Positions 45,501 to 54,229 of a stretch of DNA of 57,120 bases are shown here, piece by piece. The position numbers and the translations under genes were made by a program. This DNA is from a virus (taxonomy: Duplodnaviria > Caudoviricetes): IMG/VR virus record IMGVR_UViG_3300028145_000159, positions 1 to 57,120 of that record. One strand, given 5' to 3'. The notes under the pieces are model-generated. The model ran no database searches, was not told the DNA's origin, and was given only the letters and a program-made list of their open reading frames with translations. How positions within the stretch are numbered: the stretch's first letter is position 1; every line of letters starts with the position of its first letter.

Positions 45501-46158
45501 GGGGGATGTGTCCAGCGGGGCGGCATTGTCGCTGCCGCCATCACTCACCCCACAAAATAAAGACGCGCTGGTCGAGTTGGGCTCTCGCTTTGCTGAAAAT
45601 CAGCGTCTCCAGAATACCGCCATGGTGCAGGAGGTATTGCAGGAGATTGCGAAGCTGAGCCAGCAGGGCACCAATAATGCGCTTGTGCAGTTAGGCATGC
45701 AACTGGACGCTGCGCAATTGGCAGGAAACCAAGCCGCCCAGGATGTGCTCATTCAACAAATTACCCAGGCGACAGGGGTCCAAGCCACAGGGGCAATATT
45801 GACGCCGGATGTCGTAGACCGCTTACGGCAGACGGGCCGCTTGACTGGTGCTGGCGCCAGCACCAGTGACGGCGCACGCTCGTCTGGCTTTATCGGCGGC
45901 AACGTTGGCGCCACTGGCATGCGACCTTTCAGCGGTGGCCTGCCCGCGCTGCCGGGCGTCATCACGCCGCAACAGGTCCCCACGTTTACGCAGCCTACAC
46001 TGTCCCAGCCCACTGCCGGCGGCGTCAGTCGGTTTGGCTCACAAGTCCACGTGACGGTGCATGTCCAGCAGAGTCCCCTGACCCGCATGGACCATGAAGA
46101 CATCGCGCGGCAACTGGCGCCCGCGATTCAACAAGAACTGAACCGGCAGAGGTTTTAG
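42553..46158 (+). CDS. Tape measure protein
   Basis: 1201 aa, Ala-rich helical; TP901-like core (LSSG...A...L...GF.DL). Confidence 0.93.
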   Translation: MAEPLRLGFVVENADALNALRQTRQALSGDLTDAAKQAQQALTGLTATTDSTGKVFNSLGQEVTGRAAEALKRMGSEATSAAQDIKTVGQAADQTTVSVSKLSDSVKSASSSTSAGSTSLDTFAGSALKVAGAITGVHLGVQTIGQVVSFATDRFLSFDDALSKLNATIPGQTALQKTYHDALQALPPLYGDAATQAAALQHILSSGMTEPTRALETLKAASELNVAGFGDLNSTTNLLIKTQAVYGNQVKDLTKVSDDFITTTHIGGASLQDLARVFPNILAPAKELGVSIRDANAIFALFNTELKDSSRTGEVVSQFFRALIRNSDEFAARGVNLREVIGQQGLAGALKVIEELTNNNATALQHLLPGLDEGLGLIKSLVNDGWQKLNAEEARYRDNTGATKASVEERTKSVTVAWQTFKNQVGNASTSLLETFATGVLGIETAVTKSGTIIGETFETVGKKVGLITPPLDMAAHTIAELEQRQLSAGQTAADLAKAMEQSAGSVTKVAEAAPKAKSGLELVQDAANALDKDITRLAGREIIPTEQLQKQVDAAVGFLTTLKNSNALTYDDLLARAEQFTDAVQKRLGTLPDAVRKVYDEIREQSEPDVNALAEAWNRFGIESTGVTQQFGKQAVQQFQEILNAGEGTTKQLQDAFHQVITELNEGDFKRLPEGFEQQMERMNAIAERTGGTIYKTFRDAFGNIRIVVDEFNTTINRALSGLSSTIPGAILPTFDKTYAAVTAATIQWGNDFASHLSKAEQDAALQYGLISQHAVDAARAQGKAAGDVGESVTSGYGKAQQALLRYDDELQRTMGLADLTSDATRKLMDWNPTFTQQLAQTPQGLFDQLRQARTELQNLQFSPNVSVPGWLEFTRKALTEWVDQITGKLKSLGVNDLGQPLKGVQDSATASTDAVKGLRDAVQSTSAAAPTLTQHAASLAGGFAQLTQSAGEASKTIAAALRPPSVGTGPIDVGGNRLPLAGDVSSGAALSLPPSLTPQNKDALVELGSRFAENQRLQNTAMVQEVLQEIAKLSQQGTNNALVQLGMQLDAAQLAGNQAAQDVLIQQITQATGVQATGAILTPDVVDRLRQTGRLTGAGASTSDGARSSGFIGGNVGATGMRPFSGGLPALPGVITPQQVPTFTQPTLSQPTAGGVSRFGSQVHVTVHVQQSPLTRMDHEDIARQLAPAIQQELNRQRF

Positions 46159-46162
46159 CCCT

Positions 46163-46570
46163 ATGAGTCTACAGCTCTCAGTCGCAGTTAGAAATGCCGA
46201 GTTGGATGCGCTGGAAACGGTTATTGGCACCTCCCCCATTATGCGCATCCGTACCGGCTCCCCGCCGGCCAACTGTGCGGCAGCCGATACCGGGACGGTC
46301 CTGGCCACGCTTAACCTGCCGTCTGACTGGATGGCGGCGGCGTCCAGTGGGAGCAAGGCGAAATCGGGCACCTGGCAAGATACCAGTGCCGATAATACCG
46401 GTACGGCAGGCCATTTTCGCATCTACGATAGCGGCGATACGACCTGTCATGTCCAGGGCACGGTGACCGCCAACGGGGGCGGGGGTGATATGACGGTGGA
46501 TAGTACAAGTTTTACCTCAGGGCAGAGTTTCACGGTTACTATTTTTACTATTAGTTTTGGAAATTCCTAG
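46163..46570 (+). CDS. Virion structural protein
   Basis: RNA.LDA......IRTGS.PA....DTGT.LA.L.LP.DW..AA.SG; GTAGHFRI. Confidence 0.75.
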   Translation: MSLQLSVAVRNAELDALETVIGTSPIMRIRTGSPPANCAAADTGTVLATLNLPSDWMAAASSGSKAKSGTWQDTSADNTGTAGHFRIYDSGDTTCHVQGTVTANGGGGDMTVDSTSFTSGQSFTVTIFTISFGNS

Positions 46571-46582
46571 CCAGGAGGCGCT

Positions 46583-47173
46583 ATGGCCATTACCAAAACA
46601 GTCCAGACCGCGCTCCTGGCCTGGCAAGATGTGGCCTCTACCGCTCAGGCCATTGCCTCCGCGTTCAACTGTGCCTCCCATGGCGGCGCGTCCTGTGCGA
46701 TCCGCCTGGGGCGCCGCACCGGCACGGCGTTTACGGCAGGCTGGCCCACGGTGCGCTTGGAGGTGTCCCCGGCAACCAGCGGCAGCGTCTGGATACCGAT
46801 TTTTACCTACACCATGGCGGTCGGAGCGAGTATCGTCAATACGACACTCAATGGGGCTGTGAGTGCCAACGCCAGTACGTTTGTCGTCACCTCGGCCACG
46901 AATATCGCCATTGGAGATATCTTGTTCCTCGGCGATACCTCGACCAGTAATTACGAATTGGTGCGCGTGAAATCGCTGTCCGGGACGACGATTACCCCGG
47001 AAGAAAACGTGGTCAATGCGCATGCGAACAGTGCGCTGGTAACCGATCAGGCCGAGATGCTCGATCCGAGTTTTGACCTGTCTCCCTATGTCCGGCTGCG
47101 TGCCGTCGTCGATAATGCCAATAGCGGGCAGGCCATCAGTGTCGATATCCAACTCTGTACGGTGGATGGCTAA
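46583..47173 (+). CDS. Virion structural protein
   Basis: AGGAGG RBS; Thr/Ser/Ala beta-rich. Confidence 0.75.
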   Translation: MAITKTVQTALLAWQDVASTAQAIASAFNCASHGGASCAIRLGRRTGTAFTAGWPTVRLEVSPATSGSVWIPIFTYTMAVGASIVNTTLNGAVSANASTFVVTSATNIAIGDILFLGDTSTSNYELVRVKSLSGTTITPEENVVNAHANSALVTDQAEMLDPSFDLSPYVRLRAVVDNANSGQAISVDIQLCTVDG

Positions 47174-47176
47174 CGC

Positions 47177-50100
47177 ATGCTTCTGCCACCTAGTCAGTGG
47201 GTCGATCTCGGCAACCCGCTTACCGCGCACTGGCTCAATGCCCGGCTGCAAGCGCGCTATCTGGTTCTGCCAGGCTTGACCAGCCCCAGTCGCTGGCCCA
47301 ATCTGGTCGCCCCCACCCTGCGTACCGCGCTCCCGACCAATATGGCGGCGGCACTCTCTGCCACGAGTGGGCTCAGTTTCGTGACCACACGGCGCGGCGG
47401 GCAGGGACAATGGAATTATGATGGCAGTGATGACCGCCATGCGGCCACGCAGTCCTGGACGCTCCAAGATTGGACGGTCAGCTGCTGGTTTCGCAGTGGC
47501 GATACCAGCAATCAAAAGGGTATGGTCTGCCTCACGGATACCACATGGTCCACCAACAGCAACCCCGCAGGCGTGTTTCTCATTCTCAATGGTCAGGCGC
47601 TGCAGATTGGGCTCCGCCTGGCCAATAGTGGCAGTTTTGAGGGCGCCTCGGCGGGCACGATTCCGATCAATGTGTGGCATCAGGCCGTCTTTAGCCGGCG
47701 GGGGACCTCCTGTGTCGGCTATGTGGACGGCGAGGTGATGACCACCTTTACCGCCTCGGCAGCGACGGCCATCACGCTGCCGGCAGTCCCGCTGGGGATC
47801 GGCGCCTTCTGGGGTGGGTCCGTAGGGTGGACGGGGTTCTATACGGGCGCCCTCGATGACGTCGCCCTCCATGCCTATGGCATGAGTCTGGCCGACGTGC
47901 GGGCCTGGTATCAGGAGACAGCGAACGGCTCACCACTCACGGTGCGACGGGGCGCACGCCGCCGACTGCCGCTCCCCATCGCGAGTGCGGGAGAGGTCGT
48001 CAGCACGCAAGAGGCGCAGACGCTCGCCAGCCAAGCCAGTACCGGAGCGACGGGTGAGGCGAGCCTGACGCAAGCCGATCAGACGCTGAGTAGTACCGGG
48101 ACCCTGGCGCTCCAGGGGAGTGCGAGCCTCACCCAAGATGCACAGATGTTTAGTGCGGTAGGCGGCCTGGAGATTGCCGGGGCCGCCATACTCACCCAAG
48201 CCGATCAGACGCTAAATAGTACGCTGTACGGCGGGGCCTCACTCCTCGCCACCCAGGCGGACCAGACGCTGAGTAGTACGGCAGTCCTAGCGCTCACCGG
48301 AACGCTGACCAGCACGCAGGCGGCGCAGACCCTTAGTAGTACCGGGCTCTTTCCGCAAGCCGGCAACCTGATGCAGACCCTAGCCGGCAACACGCTCGCC
48401 AGTGCGGGCGTGCATCAAGGACTGTCGGCCACGCTCACTCAGGCCCAGGCCGGCAACACGCTTGTCGCCCGCGGGCTGCGTCCTACGCCGACGGCCGCCT
48501 GGCTCACGGCGGCAGGCCATGGCGCCACGCTGGCCGGACTTTCCTGGAGCTACAGCCCCGTGATGCGCCTGCGGTTTCCTCAGCTCGGGCGCACCTTTGC
48601 CACGGTGACCGACGGCGATGCCGAGTTGCTCATTGCCGATCTCCGGCAAGGCGGGATCGGCACGATAACCCGCGATCTGGACGACACGACGGGGGAAGCC
48701 CGTCTCGGCCAGTTGAGCTGTGCGCTCGTAAACACGGAAGGGCTCAACCAGACCATCACCGCGTTGCAGCACCAGCCGATTGTGGCTGATATCGGCTTTG
48801 TGGGGCTCACTGAGCGCCTGATTCTCTTCACGGGCGTCGTGGATCGCTATGAAATCATGCAAGAGACCATCCGACTTAGCGCTATCCCGACCACGTTGCG
48901 TAACCAGACGCCGGTGAGCATGACCATCCGGGAGCTGATTGCGCAGGTGACCCAGGAGACAGGCAGCAATCCGTTTCCCGATATACCGGACGATTCCCTG
49001 AACGTGACGCTGCCGCTCTATTTGGGGCAACTCCTCAGTGTGCCGTTCTTTCCGGTGGGGAATCATGCCTATCTCTCAGGGTTTGGCGTGGCACAACTTA
49101 ACAGTGTGCGCGATAACAACGAAGCACTTATTACTAGGGACCGGATTCCGTTTCTCGCCTATCACTTGCCGGTGGGCGAGAAAGATGTGACCGTGCTCCA
49201 GGTACAGTATGATGTTGAGGCGGGGCATGTGATCACGGCGGACCTCAATAACCCGGATGATCCGATCCAGCAGACCTATGTGGGCACCTGGACCGGGAGC
49301 AGCCCTCCCCATTTTGCCTCGCCGCGTCCCCGGCTCAACCTGCTGGCCGCGCCAGGGCTGGGCGACTTTGACGGGACCAGCACCCCCCTTTGGGTCGAGT
49401 CAGGCACTGGGGCCGCAGTCACCATTGTGTACTTTGGCGCGGGGAGTGGCCATGTGCACAGCGGGCAAGCCTCTTTGTCGGTGACCAGCGACAACAGCAA
49501 CCCGTCTGATCACCGGTTCTCCGTAACGCTCTCCCTCCCAGGCACGATCAGTCAGCCCGAATCGTCGTCGTTTGTGCTGTCGTTCTGGTACAGCGCCGGC
49601 ATCTTTGGCGGCAGTGCCTCGGCACTCAGTATCCAGCTCAGTGGCGGCGAGTGGATACCGCTCCCGGCCACGCCCAGTCCCGACACCCTGCGCGAATACA
49701 CCGCGCATTTTGTGGCCCTGGACGGCGTGCTGGATATTCAGCTCAAGTGCGAGGGACTCAGCACCGTGGACAGCGGACAGCTCTATCTTGATGCCTTCGT
49801 GTGTTACGGTGAAGATGGCGTACATCCGTTTGTCGATAATGGGGTCTCCGCCGTCGAAGCGATCCGCGCGCTCAATGGGCAGATCCCGACGCTCATCATG
49901 GACGAAGGCTCCCTGGAAACCCTTGATGGCCAGCGCACCAACTGGCGCCTGCGCAGCTTGCTCACGCCAGGAGCGAATCTCGACCCGCAATTCGTCATGA
50001 AAAATCTAGTTCTTCAGTCCCAGGCATCGCTTGTCAGAGATGCGCAAGACGTCGCGCATGTCCTGGCCAAGGAAGGCACCGGCAGCCCTACATACACGTT

Positions 50101-52288
50101 TACCGAAGCCGCCAACATTGTCGAAGGCACCATGCAGCGGGTGAGCCGTCCTGCCGATGCGCAACCCACCAGCTTCAAGGCGACCGCCAGTGCCGCCGGG
50201 CCACACGTCTACCCCGTCCAAACACCCTATAACGGGATTGTATACCTCGAAACGCCCACACTCCAGGCGCCGAAAATTGAAAACGGTGTCGTGTTCCTGA
50301 ATGCCACCAGCACCAACCTGGATCACCCGGCGTTGACTGCAAGCGCGCAAGCCCTGGTCGACGCCCGTGGCGGCGACAAAACGCAGCAGGTGCCTGCCGA
50401 TCTCTTGCTCGACAACTTCACGACCAAGGCGGCCGTCACGAGTGCGCTCGCCCAACAGACCCTGTTTACCGATCTCCTCCAGTGGCAGACCTGGTTGGAT
50501 GCCCTCCCGGTACAGCTTGGGGATATGGTCAGTGTGCAGCATACGATTCTCCCCAGTGGTGGCACGGTCGATGCGAAAGTGACCGGCTGGCATTTCTCGC
50601 CGAGCACGATGCTGCTGGAGTTGGTGGCGAAAGCGCTCAGCGATGCGACGCCCCCTGATGCGCCTGTCCAGCACCGGGGCCCAGTGGCCCATCCGATTAC
50701 CCTCGCGACCGTGGCAGGCGTGCCGGTGGGCGAGTCGCTACCGCTCCATGTCACCCCTGCGCCCAACACCACGTTGAATGTCGCCTCCGGGCTCGTCTCA
50801 GACCCTGGCGCGGCGGGAAGCATTGCGGTGAGCCTGGTGGGTGTGGCCGTCTTTACCCCTACGGGCATGTTTGTGGGCCTCGTTCATCTGACCTATACGA
50901 TGGCCGATACCGATGGCAATGTCTCCAATACCAGTACGATCACGATTACGGTGGGCGATCCGGTGCAATTTGTCTTTGCGAATCCTGACGAGGCGAGTAC
51001 GACGGAGAATATCCCCGTTGTGATTGCTGTGCTCGACAATGACGCTGTGGTAGCTCCAGGCACGATTGACATCACGAGCGTGGACCTGGACCCGGACACC
51101 CCAGGGCAACAGACGACCTTTGAGGACACCGGCCATGGAACGTTTGCCGTCGATGGGAGTGGCGTCGTGACCTTCACCCCGGATGTGGGCTATACCGGCG
51201 ATGCGCTCGCCAGCTATACCATCCAGGATGATAGCGGCCATACCGCGCTCCCCGCGACGATTACCGTGCATGTGACCCCCGCCATCCCGCTCGCCTGGCA
51301 TTTCAGCTATACCACGAGCGCCGACCCCTCGGCGTCGGGCGCGCTCGGGTTTGGCCTCTTAGGCGGGCAGGGGTATTTCGGGGCCGGGTATCTGCAATGG
51401 CAGATTTGGCGGGCGAGTGCCGCAGCCCATACCGTTGTTTTTGATGGCGCGGGTGGGGCGGTGAGTGCGATCTATGACGATGCCGAGACCTGGCTGGCGG
51501 GCTTTGAAAGTAGCGTCGGGGTGGGGGGGCCGACCGAGATTGATTTTTCGACCGATAGCGGTGCCACCTGGGATTTTGCCACGACCGATGCGACGCAGCG
51601 CGTCGTCTGGTGCATCGTGCCGTTTGCGGGAGCGATCTATGTGGGGCAAGAAGCGGTGTCGGGCAGTGGCCCCATCCTCTCGACGTGGGAGACGGGCACG
51701 TTCACCACGGTTCAGACCTGGGATGCGTCGTATAGCGCGGTGCGGCAACTCGTCGAGTTTGGCGGCGTGTTGTATGCGGGCCTCTCGCGCTCAGGGAGCG
51801 ATGGGGCAGAGGTGTGGTCCTCGCCCGATGGCAGCACCTGGGACGTCGCCCATACGTTCCCAGCAGGCGTCTCACAATGCGCAGACCTGTGTGTCCATGC
51901 GGGTGCCCTCTATGCCGCCGTGTATACCGTAGGCAGCACCCGGTCAATTTATCGCACGACGGATGGCGATATCTGGACGCTGGTCGAAAGCCTGCCGACG
52001 CATGCTGATGGGGTGATGAGCCGCATGGCCAGTGATGGGAGTAATCTGATTGTCGGCGTCGGCGTGACGCCAGCGGCCAGCACGAGTGACGCTCGGATTT
52101 ATGCCTATGATGGGCTGACCTGGGCGCTGGCGGTCGATTTCAACGATACGCCATTCAGCGACACGCGCCGTTCAGTCACGGCAGTCGGCTTTGTGCCTGG
52201 GAGCGGCAAACTGTATGCCTGCGTGGGGACGTTTGCCGATGACGGCAGCGGGACCGCCCACATCTATGTCAGTCCGACGGCTGATTAG
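47177..52288 (+). CDS. Large multidomain tail protein: LamG/ConA-like domain, repeat stalk, hub-like core, Ig-like domains, C-terminal beta-propeller
   Basis: WTVSCWF...WHQ....R.G...YVDG...G.LDDV; TQA.QTL.S repeats; A.PD.A.T...V.I.VLDND...FTP..G.TG; S.DG.TW boxes. Confidence 0.85.
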   Translation: MLLPPSQWVDLGNPLTAHWLNARLQARYLVLPGLTSPSRWPNLVAPTLRTALPTNMAAALSATSGLSFVTTRRGGQGQWNYDGSDDRHAATQSWTLQDWTVSCWFRSGDTSNQKGMVCLTDTTWSTNSNPAGVFLILNGQALQIGLRLANSGSFEGASAGTIPINVWHQAVFSRRGTSCVGYVDGEVMTTFTASAATAITLPAVPLGIGAFWGGSVGWTGFYTGALDDVALHAYGMSLADVRAWYQETANGSPLTVRRGARRRLPLPIASAGEVVSTQEAQTLASQASTGATGEASLTQADQTLSSTGTLALQGSASLTQDAQMFSAVGGLEIAGAAILTQADQTLNSTLYGGASLLATQADQTLSSTAVLALTGTLTSTQAAQTLSSTGLFPQAGNLMQTLAGNTLASAGVHQGLSATLTQAQAGNTLVARGLRPTPTAAWLTAAGHGATLAGLSWSYSPVMRLRFPQLGRTFATVTDGDAELLIADLRQGGIGTITRDLDDTTGEARLGQLSCALVNTEGLNQTITALQHQPIVADIGFVGLTERLILFTGVVDRYEIMQETIRLSAIPTTLRNQTPVSMTIRELIAQVTQETGSNPFPDIPDDSLNVTLPLYLGQLLSVPFFPVGNHAYLSGFGVAQLNSVRDNNEALITRDRIPFLAYHLPVGEKDVTVLQVQYDVEAGHVITADLNNPDDPIQQTYVGTWTGSSPPHFASPRPRLNLLAAPGLGDFDGTSTPLWVESGTGAAVTIVYFGAGSGHVHSGQASLSVTSDNSNPSDHRFSVTLSLPGTISQPESSSFVLSFWYSAGIFGGSASALSIQLSGGEWIPLPATPSPDTLREYTAHFVALDGVLDIQLKCEGLSTVDSGQLYLDAFVCYGEDGVHPFVDNGVSAVEAIRALNGQIPTLIMDEGSLETLDGQRTNWRLRSLLTPGANLDPQFVMKNLVLQSQASLVRDAQDVAHVLAKEGTGSPTYTFTEAANIVEGTMQRVSRPADAQPTSFKATASAAGPHVYPVQTPYNGIVYLETPTLQAPKIENGVVFLNATSTNLDHPALTASAQALVDARGGDKTQQVPADLLLDNFTTKAAVTSALAQQTLFTDLLQWQTWLDALPVQLGDMVSVQHTILPSGGTVDAKVTGWHFSPSTMLLELVAKALSDATPPDAPVQHRGPVAHPITLATVAGVPVGESLPLHVTPAPNTTLNVASGLVSDPGAAGSIAVSLVGVAVFTPTGMFVGLVHLTYTMADTDGNVSNTSTITITVGDPVQFVFANPDEASTTENIPVVIAVLDNDAVVAPGTIDITSVDLDPDTPGQQTTFEDTGHGTFAVDGSGVVTFTPDVGYTGDALASYTIQDDSGHTALPATITVHVTPAIPLAWHFSYTTSADPSASGALGFGLLGGQGYFGAGYLQWQIWRASAAAHTVVFDGAGGAVSAIYDDAETWLAGFESSVGVGGPTEIDFSTDSGATWDFATTDATQRVVWCIVPFAGAIYVGQEAVSGSGPILSTWETGTFTTVQTWDASYSAVRQLVEFGGVLYAGLSRSGSDGAEVWSSPDGSTWDVAHTFPAGVSQCADLCVHAGALYAAVYTVGSTRSIYRTTDGDIWTLVESLPTHADGVMSRMASDGSNLIVGVGVTPAASTSDARIYAYDGLTWALAVDFNDTPFSDTRRSVTAVGFVPGSGKLYACVGTFADDGSGTAHIYVSPTAD

Positions 52289-52296
52289 GAGCGCGA

Positions 52297-52683
52297 ATGC
52301 CCTACCCCACCTTTACGCAGAGCGGCGTTACGACGGTAGTGCTATCTCGCGCTGATCAATGGCCGAGACCCGTCGAGGGGGACGAGGGCCAACTGACCGG
52401 ACAGACCGCGGCCGCCGTGGTGCGGATCGCCACACTCCGGCCTCCACTGGAATTTCTGACACTCAACTATACCGGTGAGGCAGCGATCACCCAGGCGGAC
52501 TATGTGGCGCTGGCGGCTTTCCTGAAAAACCCGCTCGTGAACTTTCGCGCGCTCCCGTTCACGTTTACCGATGTCGATAGTACGAGCTATGCCGTGCGAT
52601 ACTGGTCGGGATTTTATCAACTGCAACGGGTCGCAGTGAATGCCTGGCAAGGCCGGCTCCAATTGCGGATTGAGCCGTCCTAA
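52297..52683 (+). CDS. Putative distal-tail-like protein
   Basis: AGGAG RBS; L.Y......Y..L.AF......PFTFTD....Y.VR pattern. Confidence 0.55.
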   Translation: MPYPTFTQSGVTTVVLSRADQWPRPVEGDEGQLTGQTAAAVVRIATLRPPLEFLTLNYTGEAAITQADYVALAAFLKNPLVNFRALPFTFTDVDSTSYAVRYWSGFYQLQRVAVNAWQGRLQLRIEPS

Positions 52684-52782
52684 CATGCAACAAACCTCGA
52701 ACAGATACAGGGTAGATTTCTGAAAAGACGTAACAAACTTGGTACAATAGAGCAAGAGTATGGTCACGGAGAAGGACACGAT

Positions 52783-53073
52783 ATGCAACGGCTCACCGGC
52801 ATGTTTGCGGACAAGCAGTACATCATAGAGATAGATCTGGCGACTGGGCACTGTCAGCTCCTGAGCGAGCCACCAACGCCTATCCATGTAGGGGTAGTGC
52901 TCGCGTTAGAAGATGCCATTACAGACCGCGCCCGGCTGTTGTTTGGGGAGTCGTTCCGTGCGGCCATTGAGCCGCCAACTACTGAACCGGTGCGCACAGA
53001 GACTGCAGGCCCTGGCTGGCCATCTGGTGCACATCATGACGCAGAAGACACCGCGCACGAGCCGAGTGCCTAA
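52783..53073 (+). CDS. Hypothetical protein with its own extended -10 promoter
   Basis: TGgTACAAT near 52740; AAGGA RBS. Confidence 0.65.
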   Translation: MQRLTGMFADKQYIIEIDLATGHCQLLSEPPTPIHVGVVLALEDAITDRARLLFGESFRAAIEPPTTEPVRTETAGPGWPSGAHHDAEDTAHEPSA

Positions 53074-53136
53074 CGAGCCAACCGCCCCCGGTGCCTCCCT
53101 GCACGGGCCGGCGTTTCCCTACAAGGAGTATGCCCG

Positions 53137-53439
53137 ATGGCGACCCAATATCTGCCCCTCGACCAAACGAAGCCGCTCGGCGCCGCCTTGTTTCAGGGCG
53201 TGCGCCAGCTCCAGGAGGGCATTGCGCAACTCGTCGCGATTCAGCAGACGATGGTGCAAATGTTGACACCTTCGAATGATACCACCGTGATCGATGCCGC
53301 CTTTTGCGTCAATAGCGGCGAGGGGGCCAATGTGAAAGGCGAGTTAGATTCGCTGCTGGGGAAACTGACGACCGATGCCAGTGTGGATCATGTCTTGGCC
53401 GCGCGCAATCAGATTGCAGCCAAGTTTGGGGTGGTCTAG
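53137..53439 (+). CDS. Hypothetical protein
   Basis: AAGGAG RBS. Confidence 0.75.
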   Translation: MATQYLPLDQTKPLGAALFQGVRQLQEGIAQLVAIQQTMVQMLTPSNDTTVIDAAFCVNSGEGANVKGELDSLLGKLTTDASVDHVLAARNQIAAKFGVV

Positions 53440-53443
53440 TCCG

Positions 53444-54220
53444 ATGGCGCGCACGTTTACGAAAAATACGAGTAATTTTATGAACCTGGGGCAGAACACG
53501 ATTGGGACCATGCTCCAGGGGGCGAGCCAGGCGGCCGTGATGCTCTGGGCGAAACCCGCGAGTTTTACGGCGACGGCCGGCACGAATCAGGCGTTCGCCT
53601 CGCAGATGGGGGGCAATGCCACCGCGCTCGCGTTTGGTTTTTATGATAGCGCCAGCACGAGCAACAAGATGCGGATTGCGGCTCGCAGCCAGGCCAGCGA
53701 TGGGGGCCAAACAGCGCTTAGCACCACGGTGCTCTCCACGGGCACGCTCTACCATCTCGGGGCCCGGATCGATTACGGCGGCAGCAAAATCTATGTGTAC
53801 GTCAATGGCGTGCTCGAAACGACGCAGACCGTGACCTTTGGCTCGGCGACCTATGCCCATACGAATGTGACCGGGGCCTATGAGGATATGCTGGGTGCCT
53901 TTGGCGCGCCGTTCAGCGTCCCGGCCAGCACCACCCAGCAATTTGATGGCGAACTGTCGGAGCTGGTCCTGTGGAAATTTGCCGGCGGGGATGTGGCGAT
54001 GGCCGATGCGGACTTCGCGTTTGTCGCCGCAGGGGGCCACCCACGCCGTGTGGCGAAGGGCACTATGATCTATTATCAGCGGATCCTGGGGACGGCGAGC
54101 CCCGAAGTGCCGGACGTGGGGAGCGGCAATGGGACCATCACGGGCAGTCTCCCGCAGGCGACGCACCCCACGGTGTACGGGGGCCCCAGCGTCTTCAATC
54201 GCCGTCTGCGCGCGGCTTAG
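53444..54220 (+). CDS. LamG/ConA-like domain virion protein
   Basis: WAKP...YHL...D......YVYVNG...FDGELSEL.LW. Confidence 0.85.
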   Translation: MARTFTKNTSNFMNLGQNTIGTMLQGASQAAVMLWAKPASFTATAGTNQAFASQMGGNATALAFGFYDSASTSNKMRIAARSQASDGGQTALSTTVLSTGTLYHLGARIDYGGSKIYVYVNGVLETTQTVTFGSATYAHTNVTGAYEDMLGAFGAPFSVPASTTQQFDGELSELVLWKFAGGDVAMADADFAFVAAGGHPRRVAKGTMIYYQRILGTASPEVPDVGSGNGTITGSLPQATHPTVYGGPSVFNRRLRAA

Positions 54221-54229
54221 GAGGGGGCA

